DNA from: SAR202 cluster bacterium
Lineage (GTDB): Bacteria > Chloroflexota > Dehalococcoidia > Lucifugimonadales > VGZR01
Direction of reading: 5' to 3'
Assembly (NCBI GenBank): GCA_016872515.1
Contig: VGZR01000002.1
Span: 1,136 to 65,135 of the forward strand
Length of the DNA stretch: 64,000 nucleotides
Shown: piece by piece, positions 1 through 8,799 of the stretch
Layout of the letters: every line of letters begins with the position of its first letter
How positions within the stretch are numbered: the first letter of the stretch is position 1
Notes under the pieces: model-generated
Database searches by the model: none
What the model saw: the letters and a program-made list of their open reading frames with translations, nothing else
What the model was told of the DNA's origin: nothing
Made by a program: the position numbers and the translations under genes

Positions 1-3
1 CCG

Positions 4-360
4 GTGAGGCAGCTCTGCAAGGCAGCGCCGCTCCTTTCAAAGGGCGAGGGACGTGTAGCCGAAGTACGGAGTGAATACCTTACCAAGCGCGAGCCGCCGT
101 TCAAAGGCTCCAGCCGGTACTACCGCGGCAGGGTCGTGGAAGCGCTGCGACGGCTGGCCGATGGTGAAGCCATGACGCTCAAGGCACTGGGCGCGGCCAT
201 CAAACCGGAGGCGTGCGAAGGCGAGTTTCCTTGGCTCCTTAGCCTTGTGCGGAAACTCGAGGCGGATGGGCTTGTGAAGCTGACCGGCGATGCCGGCCTC
301 GATGCATCGCGCTTGCGGGTCTCGCTGCCTTGGGAAGCGCTGGCGCATCGTGTAAGATAG
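4..360 (+). CDS. hypothetical protein, possibly 5'-truncated (frame stays open to nt 1)
   Basis: 118-codon ORF with GC-rich third positions that ends 28 nt before the next gene. No family recognised. The helical, basic C-terminal half might be a winged helix, but that is a guess. Confidence 0.3.
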   Translation: MRQLCKAAPLLSKGEGRVAEVRSEYLTKREPPFKGSSRYYRGRVVEALRRLADGEAMTLKALGAAIKPEACEGEFPWLLSLVRKLEADGLVKLTGDAGLDASRLRVSLPWEALAHRVR

Positions 361-388
361 GCGCCGGAGCCAGCCGAGGAGGAGAGAT

Positions 389-1471
389 ATGAAGCTCGGT
401 CTTTTCACCATGCCGCTGCACCCGCCTGGGTCAGACCCCGCCAAGACGTTCGACGACGACCTGGAGCAGCTCGTCACGCTGGACAACCTGGGCTACCAGG
501 AAGCCTGGATCGGGGAGCACTTCACGACGGTGTGGGAGAACATCCCAGCGCCGGACCTGTTCATCGCCAAGGCGCTGCCCATGACGAAGAACATCATCCT
601 TGGGACGGGCGTGACGTGCATGCCGAACCACAACCCGTTCATGATTGCCCACCGCATCGCGCAGCTCGACAACATGGCGAAGGGGCGCTTCCACTGGGGC
701 GTCGGCTCCGGCGGCTTCCCCGGCGACTTCACCGTGTTCGGGTACGACATGGCCACGGGCGAACACCGGACGATGGCCCGCGAGGCGGTGGAGCTCATCA
801 TCAAACTGTGGAACGACCCCAAGCCGGGCAAGTACGAGAGCAAGTGGTGGAGCTTCAACGTGCCTGAGCCAGTGGACGAGTTCGGGCTGCGCTTCCACCT
901 CAAGCCGTACACAAAGCCGCACCCACCCATCGGCGTCGCTGGCGTGTCGGAGAAGTCGGATACGCTGGTGCTGGCGGGCGAGCGCGGCTGGATACCCCTC
1001 AGCATCAACTTCGTGCCGGAGCGCATCCTCTTGAGCCACTGGAAGTCCATCGAGCAGGGGGCCGCGAAGGCGGGCCGCAAGCCCGACCGCTCACGGTGGC
1101 GGATCGCTCGCGAGGTGTATATCGCCGACACCACGAAGGAGGCCCGCAAGGAGGCCATCAACGGCATCCTGGGCCGTGATTTCAACCAGTACTTCCTCCC
1201 CCTGAGCCGCCACCTGAAGGTGATGAACCTCTACAAGCACGACGTGAACATGCCCGACTCGGACGTGACGGTCGAGTGGCTGGTGGACAACATCTTCATC
1301 GTCGGGTCACCTGACGATGTGGCCCAGAAGATACGGAAGCTGCACCACGATGTCGGCGGATTCGGCGTGCTGTTGGCGATGGGCCACGAGTGGCAGCCGA
1401 AGAAGAAGTGGACCCACTACATGGAGCTGCTGGCGAAGGAAGTGCTGCCGAAGCTGTCAGATTTGAAGTAG
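389..1471 (+). CDS. LLM-class (luciferase-like) flavin-dependent oxidoreductase/monooxygenase
   Basis: 360 aa. The N-terminus MKLGLFTMPLHPPG...LVTLDNLGYQEAWIGEHF and the GVGSGG segment are typical of luciferase-like monooxygenases. GAGGAGGAGAGA Shine-Dalgarno lies just upstream of the ATG. Confidence 0.85.
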   Translation: MKLGLFTMPLHPPGSDPAKTFDDDLEQLVTLDNLGYQEAWIGEHFTTVWENIPAPDLFIAKALPMTKNIILGTGVTCMPNHNPFMIAHRIAQLDNMAKGRFHWGVGSGGFPGDFTVFGYDMATGEHRTMAREAVELIIKLWNDPKPGKYESKWWSFNVPEPVDEFGLRFHLKPYTKPHPPIGVAGVSEKSDTLVLAGERGWIPLSINFVPERILLSHWKSIEQGAAKAGRKPDRSRWRIAREVYIADTTKEARKEAINGILGRDFNQYFLPLSRHLKVMNLYKHDVNMPDSDVTVEWLVDNIFIVGSPDDVAQKIRKLHHDVGGFGVLLAMGHEWQPKKKWTHYMELLAKEVLPKLSDLK

Positions 1472-1523
1472 TCCCGAGGAGCCCGGGCGCTCCTCTTAGG
1501 CTCGGCCCGGCCTCTCCCCGGGC

Positions 1524-3587
1524 TTGGTCAACAATGGGCTGGGGTATGATGTGCCCATGAAGCCGGGCCAGGTCATCGCCGTTCGCCTCAAGCAAGGCGT
1601 CACCATCACGCGCGTGCTGGACACCGGCGAATCGGACGTCGTCATCTCCCTCGGCCGGAACAAGCAGGCGCGTGTCCCGCTGGCTCGGCTGCTGATGGAG
1701 ACGGATGCGGTGGTGTCGGCCGAGACCGAAGTGGAGGCGCTGCGGGAGCAGGCACGCTCCATCGCTACGGGCATCAACCTCGAGGAGCTATGGAAGCTGC
1801 TCCAGGGGGAGGGCAAGGCCCTCAGCATCGCCGACCTCGCCGAGCTGCACTGGGGCCGCCGACCGGACACGGCGCACAAGCTCGCGCTCCTGGTACACCT
1901 GGAGGAGGCCACCATCTACTTCGCGCGGGGCCAAGGCGGCTATGTGGTCCGAACCACCGAAGAGGTGGAGGAGACCAAGGCAAAGTCCCGCAGGCAGGAG
2001 GAGAAAGCGGCTGCGGCCTCGTCACTGATGGAGGCGCTGGCCAGTGGCACGCTGCCGAATCCGGTGACGGACTCGCAGCGCCCCCTGCTGGCACACCTGC
2101 GCGGCCTGGCCGTTCACGGAGACGGCTACGCCCGAGGCGAGCTAGCCAAGGATCTGTTGGGGTATCTCGGCCCCATCACCCGCGACCCGCAGCGCCGCGC
2201 GTTCGAGGTGCTGGAGGCTGCGGGTGTCCTTTCCCTGGACGAGCCGCTGGAACTGGAGCGGTACGACGTCCCCACGGAGTTTTCCAAAGCGGTGCTGGAG
2301 GAGGCCGGCTCGGTCGGCCTGGCGCCACTCCTGCAAGACCCGAAGCGCCGGGACCTGACCGGCCTGGCCGCGTTCACGATAGACGACGCCACAACGCTGG
2401 ACAGGGACGATGCGCTGTCCATCGAGGCACTGGGCGAGGGCCAGGGATGGCGAGTCGGCGTACACATCGCGGACGCGGGCGCGCTGGTAGCGCCCGGCGG
2501 AGCGGTGGACAGGGAGGCGGACCGGCGGATGGCGACGCTGTACCTGCCGGAGCGACGGGTCGGGATGGTGCCGCCAGCGCTGGACGAGCAGGCGGGCAGC
2601 CTCGTGCCTAGAGAGGCGCGGGCCTGCTTGAGCCTGTTGGTGCGGGTCAACGAGGCTGGGAAGGTCGTGGAGCAGGAGGTGGCGCCGTCGGTGGTGCGTA
2701 GCCGCGTAGCGCTGTCCTACGAAGCGGTGGACGAAGCGCTACAAGACTCGAGCCATCCTTGGCATGCGGCATTGTCCGCGCTGGGTACGGTGGCGGGACG
2801 GCTCCGGGCTGGACGCGAGCAGGCGGGGGCCGTATCGTTTGAGCGGCCGGAGATGTCGGTAAGAGCAGCGAACGGCGAGATAGCCGTGCGGGTGGTCAGC
2901 CGCACGACTCCGTCGCGCATGCTCGTGACCGAGTTCATGGTCTTGTGCAATGCCCTTCTGGCAGAGTTCTGCATCGAGCACGGCCTGCCCGCCGCGTTCC
3001 GGTCGCAGCGCGCCTTCTCCGCTGAACTGGACGGCAAGCCGGTGGTGCCGCCCGGCACACCGGAGGGACCGTACAAACAGTATCTGATGATGCGGCGGTT
3101 GCCTCCCGCCGAACTCACCACCACTCCCTCCGCACACGGCGGTCTGGGGGTCAAGGCTTACATCCAGGCAAGCTCGCCTTTGCGACGGTACCCCGACCTG
3201 GTGATGCAGCGACAGATAAGCCACGCCTTGAGCAAGGGAACGCCGATGTATGCGGCGGACGCCATCGCGTCGGTGGCGCAGCGGGCCGAGGTACAGCTCA
3301 AGGAGCTGGCGGGGATTGAGGAGGAGAGGAAGCGGTATTGGTTCTTGAAATACCTGGCACGAGAGCATCTCGCGGATGCGCCCCCGGAGCGGCGCGACCT
3401 TCAGGCGATAGTGCTGGACACCGAACGGAGCGGCCCGGCACTGCTCGAAGTCGTCGAGTACCCTTTCCGCGTGAAGGCCGAGCTTTCAGCGGCATGCAAG
3501 CCAGGAGACACGGTCACCTTACGGCTGCACGGTGTGGACTTGTGGCGCAAGGTGGGCCAGTTCATCCAGGTGGTGAACCCCAAGTAG
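1524..3587 (+). CDS. RNase II/R-family 3'-5' exoribonuclease (RNB domain)
   Basis: RNB catalytic motifs FTIDDATTLDRDDALS and SSPLRRYPDLVMQRQ. The ORF opens at TTG 1524; the in-frame ATG at 1557 is an equally plausible start. Confidence 0.85.
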   Translation: MVNNGLGYDVPMKPGQVIAVRLKQGVTITRVLDTGESDVVISLGRNKQARVPLARLLMETDAVVSAETEVEALREQARSIATGINLEELWKLLQGEGKALSIADLAELHWGRRPDTAHKLALLVHLEEATIYFARGQGGYVVRTTEEVEETKAKSRRQEEKAAAASSLMEALASGTLPNPVTDSQRPLLAHLRGLAVHGDGYARGELAKDLLGYLGPITRDPQRRAFEVLEAAGVLSLDEPLELERYDVPTEFSKAVLEEAGSVGLAPLLQDPKRRDLTGLAAFTIDDATTLDRDDALSIEALGEGQGWRVGVHIADAGALVAPGGAVDREADRRMATLYLPERRVGMVPPALDEQAGSLVPREARACLSLLVRVNEAGKVVEQEVAPSVVRSRVALSYEAVDEALQDSSHPWHAALSALGTVAGRLRAGREQAGAVSFERPEMSVRAANGEIAVRVVSRTTPSRMLVTEFMVLCNALLAEFCIEHGLPAAFRSQRAFSAELDGKPVVPPGTPEGPYKQYLMMRRLPPAELTTTPSAHGGLGVKAYIQASSPLRRYPDLVMQRQISHALSKGTPMYAADAIASVAQRAEVQLKELAGIEEERKRYWFLKYLAREHLADAPPERRDLQAIVLDTERSGPALLEVVEYPFRVKAELSAACKPGDTVTLRLHGVDLWRKVGQFIQVVNPK

Positions 3588-3602
3588 GGCAATCAGGCGC
3601 GG

Positions 3603-6600
3603 TCAACGCTGCGGTCTGGGACGTGGACGCGGACGCAGACGCCAGACGGCCAAGACAGCAAAGGATGCCCCGAGGCCGACGAGCGCCCACGTGGAGCCTG
3701 ATGGCACTGGCGTGGGAGTCGGCGTTGGAGTCGCCGTGGCTGTGGACGTTGCGGTCGGGGTAGGTGTCGCCGGAGGGCCGAGCACGGTGAACACGTAGGC
3801 CGAACCTTGGTTGGTGCTGCCGCTGATGTCAGCTAGCACCGCACCAACAATCACGGTGTCGCTGTCTACAGCCACCGAAACGCCGAAGTAATCTTCGGCT
3901 GCGCCGTCGGACGCGGTGAGCTTATCTTGCTGGCTCCATACACCCGCAAACTGCGTGAAGACATAGGCGGATCCCTGGTCAACGTTGCCATCGATGTCGT
4001 CTACTACCGCCCCAACGATGGCGATGTCGGTGTCCACGGCCACGGATCGGCCGAAAACATCGCCGACGCCGCCGTCGGAGGCGGTGAGCTTGGCCTGCTG
4101 GCTCCACACGCCGCCTGTTCGGGTGAACACATAGGCCGACCCCTGGTCAGCGTTGCCGCCGATATCGTCGCTCAATGCCCCGACGACAGTAGTGTCGCCA
4201 ACCACGGCTACCTCGTAACCAAATCCATCGGAGGTGGCCCCGTCGGAGGCTATGAGCTTGGCCTGCTGGCTCCACACACCGCCTGTTCGGGTGAACACGT
4301 AAGCCGACCCCTGGCCAGGGTTGGTGCCGATGTTATCCGAGTAATTGCCGATGATGGCGGTGTCGCCGTACAAGGCCACCGAAACGCCGAAGCTATCATC
4401 GGAGCCGCCGTCCGAGGCGGTGAGTTTAGCCTGCTGGGTCCACACGCTGCTCGACCGCGTGAACACGTAGGCCGAGCCGCCGATATCGGCCCCGACGGCC
4501 CCGAGGATGATCGTGTCTCCATCCACAGCCACGAACGTACCGAGCGCGTCGCCAGCGGCACCATCAAAGGCGGTGAGCTTGGCCTGCTGGGTCCACACGC
4601 CGCTCGTTCGGGTGAACACGTAGGTCGAGCCCTGGTCGAGGTTGGTGTTAACATCGTCGAACCATGCCCCGAGAACGACGGTGTCGCCATTCACAGCCAC
4701 CCTGATGCCAAACTCGTCGCCGGCAGCGCCGTCAGAAGCGGTGAGCTTGGCCTGCTGGGTCCACACGCCGCCTGTTCGGGTGAATATGTAGGCCGAACCT
4801 TGGTTGGAGTTGCCGCCGATGTCATCCCAGAATGCCCCGACGACGGCGGTATCACCGTCCACGGCCACGGAGATGCCGAAGCCGTCGCCTACGGAGCCGT
4901 CGGAGGCGGTGAGCTTACCCGGAACCTTCGGCGTAGGAGTTGCGGTCGGCGATGATGTTGCGGTCACGGTAGGCGTGGCCGTCGGCGTCGGTGTGGCCGT
5001 GGGGGTCGCGGTAGCCGTCGCGGTGGGAGTCGGGGTGGGAGTGGGTTCCTGCGCCGGGGTGACGGCGTTGGAGGGGGTCGAGGTCGCGCCGGTGCCGATG
5101 GCGTTGGTGGCAGCGACGACGAAGGTGTAGGAGACGCCGTTGGTCAGTCCAGTGACGTTGGTGCTGGTGACGCTCGACCCGACGGATTTGGTGACGTTGC
5201 CGGGGGTGGATGTGACGATGTAGCCGGTTATCGGGCTGCCGCCGTTGAACCCCGGCGCGCTCCAGCTGACAGTCGCCTGGGTGTCGCCCGCGACGGCGGA
5301 TACGCCTGTGGGGGCGTTGGGGGGCAGCGAGGGCAGTTGGGCAAAGCCATAGCCCCAGGTGTTGTTGGGGACAGCTCCACGGGGAAGGGTATAGGTTTTC
5401 AGAAGAGACGCTAGTTGAACCGGAGTGAGGCCGGGGAAGCGTTGCAGCGCCAGAGCCGCCATGCCCGCGACGTGAGGCGAGGCGAGGCTGGTTCCGAACC
5501 AGGTGCCTAGCGATACGGAGTCCGCGCCGTCGGCGCCGACGAGGTCGGGTTTCACCCTGCCGTTGGTGGTCGGCCCCTGGCTGCTGAACGTCTCGATGGT
5601 GGAGGTGGTGGCCCAGTTCGCGGCGCCGACGGCGAGCATGCCGGCGTTGGCGCTCTCGGCTGGGTTGATGATACTTGTGGCGACTCTGTACTCGAGTGTT
5701 TGGCGGGTGAAGGTCTGGACCTGCAGCCAACTCGGAATCGTCCCACCGAAACGAAAAACCGCGATGTGGTACGTGCCACCTGAGACCGGAGTGAAGCTGA
5801 TCAATTCGTAGGGTATGTGTCCAGCCGAACCACTCTGCTCGCTTTCGCTGGCTGCTACCTGCACCAATCCGGAGTTGTAGAGATAGAGGTCGAGATCACG
5901 GGCGGCGTTCGTCCAGGAGTCATCCCAGCGGAGCTGTATGATGACCTGCTGTCCCGCAGTGAGAGTAATCGAGTTGGTCTCATCGGCGCCGGAGAAGTTA
6001 TGAAACTGGTTCGCTTCTCCGTCTGAAAAGCTGCCATACCAAGTGGCTAGAGCCTCGTTTCCGGCCGCGTTTACCCACATGATTCCGCCCGCCACCGCAG
6101 TGTCAACCGCGTCCAGGGCGGTGCTCGAGAAGGGTGATGTGCCGTCCCCTGGGCCTTGCCAACCCCAACCGACCGAGTGGTTGATAATCTTGACCCCCTG
6201 GGAGACCATCCAGGAGGTGGCGGCGTTGAGGTCGCTGGTGGTTGACGGGTCGGAGATGTACAGAGTGACGTTGGGGGCGATGTCCACCAGCGCTTCGGCG
6301 ACGGCGGTGCCGTGCTCTTCACTGTTGGAGCAGTTGGAGAGGGTGGAGTTGAACACCCCCGGCGAGGTGTAGCACCTGGCGACGACGGTGCCGGGCAGTT
6401 CCGTCCCCATCAGGCCGGCGTAGCCGTCGAACCCCATGTCAAGGATGCCGACCTTGACGCCGCTCCCCGTGTAGCCGCCCGAGTTCCAGATGTCGGAGCG
6501 GTGGACACCCGTCCCCTGGCTGGTAACGACGGCGGGTTGAGGAGGGAGGATGGTGTCCACACGGAGGACGTTCGATCTTGCGGCAAGGCTGGGCAAGACC

Positions 6601-6983
6601 TGTGTGGGTATGGTGGCCTCGATGTAGTCGTCGCCGACGTTGCCCACCACCGCGCCGTTGAGCCGCAGGAAGTCCACTAACTCCTGCACATCGCTCTGAA
6701 CGCGGATTGTGACCGGCACCGACTGCCCGCTGCGCAGGCCAGCGCCCTGGGGGATGACGAGCTGTTGAGAGGCCAACTGGCTCAGGTTGGAGTCGAGGCG
6801 GGGGTACCGAGGCTTCTTAGCGGCAGGTCTGAAATCACCCATGTTTTGGATAACGATGGTCGGGGGGTCGTCTTCTGGTTCCGCATGCACTGCGACAGAA
6901 GACATGGCAAACGCACAGAGAGCCAGCAAAACGCCGACGACAGCCCGTACGGGCCTTGTCCGGCTCACGGCATGTCGTCTCAC
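3603..6983 (-). CDS. secreted/cell-surface S8 subtilisin-like serine protease with FN3 domain, PT-rich linkers, seven FG-GAP-like repeats and a C-terminal membrane anchor
   Basis: - Signal peptide MRRHAVSRTRPVRAVVGVLLALCAFAMSSVAVHA/EP.
- S8 triad contexts VGILDMGF (Asp), EEHGTAVAE (His) and FGTSLASPHVAG (Ser).
- FN3-like segment SAVAGDTQATVSWSAPGFNGGSPITGYIV...YTFVVAATN.
- Two (P/T/A)n linkers.
- Seven KL[TI]A[SF]DG...FG.SVAV.GDT..VGA..DD......GSAYVF repeats.
- Terminal hydrophobic helix followed by RLRPRPRPRPQR. Confidence 0.85.
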   Translation of the reverse strand: MRRHAVSRTRPVRAVVGVLLALCAFAMSSVAVHAEPEDDPPTIVIQNMGDFRPAAKKPRYPRLDSNLSQLASQQLVIPQGAGLRSGQSVPVTIRVQSDVQELVDFLRLNGAVVGNVGDDYIEATIPTQVLPSLAARSNVLRVDTILPPQPAVVTSQGTGVHRSDIWNSGGYTGSGVKVGILDMGFDGYAGLMGTELPGTVVARCYTSPGVFNSTLSNCSNSEEHGTAVAEALVDIAPNVTLYISDPSTTSDLNAATSWMVSQGVKIINHSVGWGWQGPGDGTSPFSSTALDAVDTAVAGGIMWVNAAGNEALATWYGSFSDGEANQFHNFSGADETNSITLTAGQQVIIQLRWDDSWTNAARDLDLYLYNSGLVQVAASESEQSGSAGHIPYELISFTPVSGGTYHIAVFRFGGTIPSWLQVQTFTRQTLEYRVATSIINPAESANAGMLAVGAANWATTSTIETFSSQGPTTNGRVKPDLVGADGADSVSLGTWFGTSLASPHVAGMAALALQRFPGLTPVQLASLLKTYTLPRGAVPNNTWGYGFAQLPSLPPNAPTGVSAVAGDTQATVSWSAPGFNGGSPITGYIVTSTPGNVTKSVGSSVTSTNVTGLTNGVSYTFVVAATNAIGTGATSTPSNAVTPAQEPTPTPTPTATATATPTATPTPTATPTVTATSSPTATPTPKVPGKLTASDGSVGDGFGISVAVDGDTAVVGAFWDDIGGNSNQGSAYIFTRTGGVWTQQAKLTASDGAAGDEFGIRVAVNGDTVVLGAWFDDVNTNLDQGSTYVFTRTSGVWTQQAKLTAFDGAAGDALGTFVAVDGDTIILGAVGADIGGSAYVFTRSSSVWTQQAKLTASDGGSDDSFGVSVALYGDTAIIGNYSDNIGTNPGQGSAYVFTRTGGVWSQQAKLIASDGATSDGFGYEVAVVGDTTVVGALSDDIGGNADQGSAYVFTRTGGVWSQQAKLTASDGGVGDVFGRSVAVDTDIAIVGAVVDDIDGNVDQGSAYVFTQFAGVWSQQDKLTASDGAAEDYFGVSVAVDSDTVIVGAVLADISGSTNQGSAYVFTVLGPPATPTPTATSTATATPTPTPTPVPSGSTWALVGLGASFAVLAVWRLRPRPRPRPQR
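3786..4916 (-). repeat. seven tandem coding repeats of about 50-55 codons (FG-GAP-like blades) inside the S8 protease gene
   Basis: The peptide unit KLTASDG..GD.FG.SVAV.GDT.VVGA..DDIGGN..QGSAYVFTRTGGVW.QQA is read seven times in the translation. The DNA is visibly periodic, with recurring gagcttggcctgctgg(g/c)tccacac. Confidence 0.75.
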
Positions 6984-7133
6984 CTGGTTCTCCGAGGCGG
7001 GGAGGCGGTTCCGGTTAGCGCTAGGCTATGGACGGCCTGCTGCGGCACGGCCACGGCTCCTATGGAATCCTCAAAACATAACGCTGAATGGCTCCCATTG
7101 GTTCAACACGATGAACGCGGAAACGAAAGCGCC

Positions 7134-7373
7134 TTACTTCTTCATCCCCTGGGCGATAAGCCCGACAAAGCGGGCATGCTCCCTTTGGCGGTCAGCAGGT
7201 TCCACAGGGACAGGGAGCTTTTCCAGCTCGTCCCGCAGCCGGCCTCTGAGGACCGCCGCCTCTTGCGGCGAAAGGCCCCAGCGGGCCGCCACATCGTCTG
7301 CGCTCCAAAGCACCATCTGCCGGAAGCCGAAGTCGGCGATGGCCTTGTCTAAAATCTCCATCAATTTGTCCAA
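7134..7373 (-). CDS. small hypothetical protein (79 aa) with a LigA/NHLP-leader-like helical N-terminal segment
   Basis: TTG start at 7373 preceded by TAGGAGGG, a strong SD whose TAG is the stop codon of the upstream SDR gene (translational coupling). The segment LDKAIADFGFRQMVLWSADDVAARWGLSPQEAAVL resembles the D..FR..LL.DP......GLS.EE..AL helical motif. Function unknown. Confidence 0.5.
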   Translation of the reverse strand: MDKLMEILDKAIADFGFRQMVLWSADDVAARWGLSPQEAAVLRGRLRDELEKLPVPVEPADRQREHARFVGLIAQGMKK

Positions 7374-7382
7374 AAAGCCCTC

Positions 7383-8147
7383 CTACTTGGCGGCGGCCCG
7401 CTGCCCTCCGTCCACCGAGAAGGTGACCCCGCTGACGTAGGACGACTCGTCCGAGGCGAGGAACAGGATGGCGTTCGCCAGCTCCTCGGGGCGGGCGGCG
7501 CGCTTCATGGGGACGGACGCCTCGACACGGCGGAACTCCTCGGTGCTGCCGGTGCTGCCGCGCATCTGCGGCGTGTCCACCGGCCCCGGCGCGACGCAGT
7601 TGACGCGGATGCCCTTGGCGGTGTACTGCTCGGCCGCGATGGTGGTCAGGTGAATGATGCCGGCCTTGGCCACGCCGTAGGCCACGGAGCCGACGTTGCC
7701 GCGTATGCCGGAGACCGAGGAGATGTTGATGATGGAGCCCCCGCCGCCGCGAAGCATCTCGGGGATGGCGTACTTCATGGAGAGGAACACACCCTTGAGG
7801 TCAATATCCATCGTCATATCCCAGTCGCGCTCGGAAGACTCGGCCAAGGGAGGCGTGATGATGAGTATCGCGGCGGCTGTGAGCAGGACGTCCAGCCGCC
7901 CAAAGCGCTCCACCGTCTGGCGGACCATCCCTTCTACCTGGGTAGCGTTGGAGGTGTCCACTTGTACGAAGTGGGCTTCGCCAGCCTTCTGGTGGATGAG
8001 GCGCACCGTTTCGGTGCCGCCTGGCTGGTTGCGGTCGGCGACGACGACCTTGGCTCCTTCGCGGGCAAAGAGCAGGCATGTGGCCCGTCCGATGCCAGAA
8101 GCACCGCCTGTCACCAGAGCGACTTTTCCCTTCAGCCGGTCTGACAA
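7383..8147 (-). CDS. SDR-family oxidoreductase (FabG-like short-chain dehydrogenase)
   Basis: Contains the TGGASGIG cofactor motif, NISS, and the catalytic Y..AK in VAYGVAKAG. I place the start at TTG 8147 (GAGAGGAAAGCC-TTG). The ATG-initiated ORF in the track (to 8225) runs into the tRNA-Pro gene. Confidence 0.85.
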   Translation of the reverse strand: MSDRLKGKVALVTGGASGIGRATCLLFAREGAKVVVADRNQPGGTETVRLIHQKAGEAHFVQVDTSNATQVEGMVRQTVERFGRLDVLLTAAAILIITPPLAESSERDWDMTMDIDLKGVFLSMKYAIPEMLRGGGGSIINISSVSGIRGNVGSVAYGVAKAGIIHLTTIAAEQYTAKGIRVNCVAPGPVDTPQMRGSTGSTEEFRRVEASVPMKRAARPEELANAILFLASDESSYVSGVTFSVDGGQRAAAK

Positions 8148-8184
8148 GGCTTTCCTCTCAGTACAACAGCACAAAACCCAGGAA

Positions 8185-8256
8185 TCGGGGCGGTGAGGAT
8201 CGAACTCACGACCTCCTGGTCCCAAACCAGGCGCGCTACCGCTGCGCTACGCCCCG
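8185..8256 (-). tRNA. tRNA-Pro (anticodon TGG)
   Basis: Hand-folded cloverleaf on the minus strand: acceptor CGGGGCG/CGCCCCG, D arm GCGC-AGCGGTA-GCGC, anticodon arm CCTGG-TTTGGGA-CCAGG, T arm GTGAG-TTCGATC-CTCAC, discriminator A. CCA is not encoded. Confidence 0.85.
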
Positions 8257-8334
8257 ACAGGGCACTTGCCGTGCAACGAATCTGATGATACGGAGTGCAA
8301 GGGCTGGTTACAAGCCGTCAGCTACGAGTAAGCG

Positions 8335-8745
8335 CTATATCGAGAACAGCAACATCGCTACCATCGCTAATCCGGCGCCAAGACCGACTTTCCACGTGAA
8401 GGGCTCTCGCAGCACCGTGACGCCGATTATCGCGACCAGGATGGGATACAGCGCGGTCATCGGGACAACCACAGAGGCCCGTCCCCTATTCAACGCCATG
8501 TAGAAGAAGAGAGTGCCAAGGGTGCCCATGATACCGGCGGCGAAGCCAAGGGCGAGCCCCGCCGGCCTGCCTTCGATGTGGAAGCGCGCCCATATAGCGA
8601 CGGCGAAGGTGACGACCATGTTGCCGACCCCTTGCGCCAACAACAGCGTCGAGGTATCGGCGTAACGCGTGGACAATTTCACCGCGACGCCCCATATGGT
8701 CCAAAGACCCAAGGCTATGAACGCAGGAATCAGCCAGGAATGCAC
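8335..8745 (-). CDS. small single-domain EamA/DMT-family membrane transporter
   Basis: 136 aa and almost entirely hydrophobic, with 4-5 predicted helices. It is the size of one EamA half-domain and is the last gene of the gatC-like/amidase operon. Confidence 0.65.
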   Translation of the reverse strand: MHSWLIPAFIALGLWTIWGVAVKLSTRYADTSTLLLAQGVGNMVVTFAVAIWARFHIEGRPAGLALGFAAGIMGTLGTLFFYMALNRGRASVVVPMTALYPILVAIIGVTVLREPFTWKVGLGAGLAMVAMLLFSI

Positions 8746-8799
8746 AGGTACATGACCCTCCGCAACAGAGTGGGGGTGACTGCCGCCTCGCCGCCCGGT

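Noticed and set aside
3786-4916. Regularly spaced ~156-bp DNA repeats; considered as a CRISPR-like or satellite array
   Set aside because: The units are contiguous with no unique spacers, in frame, and encode a recognisable protein repeat. No cas genes are present.
3927-4955. 342-aa plus-strand ORF inside the repeat region
   Set aside because: It is antisense to the FG-GAP-like repeats of the S8 protease. The periodic sequence simply lacks stops on the opposite strand.
4930-5040. ACN/CCN-rich microsatellite-like tract (and a second one at about 3700-3785)
   Set aside because: These are in-frame Pro/Thr/Ala linkers of the S8 protein, not non-coding simple repeats.
8148-8225. ATG-initiated N-terminal extension of the SDR ORF (track coordinates 7383..8225)
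   Set aside because: The extension overlaps the tRNA-Pro(TGG) gene (8185..8256). A TTG start with an SD at 8147 gives a normal SDR N-terminus (MSDRLKGKVALVTGG).
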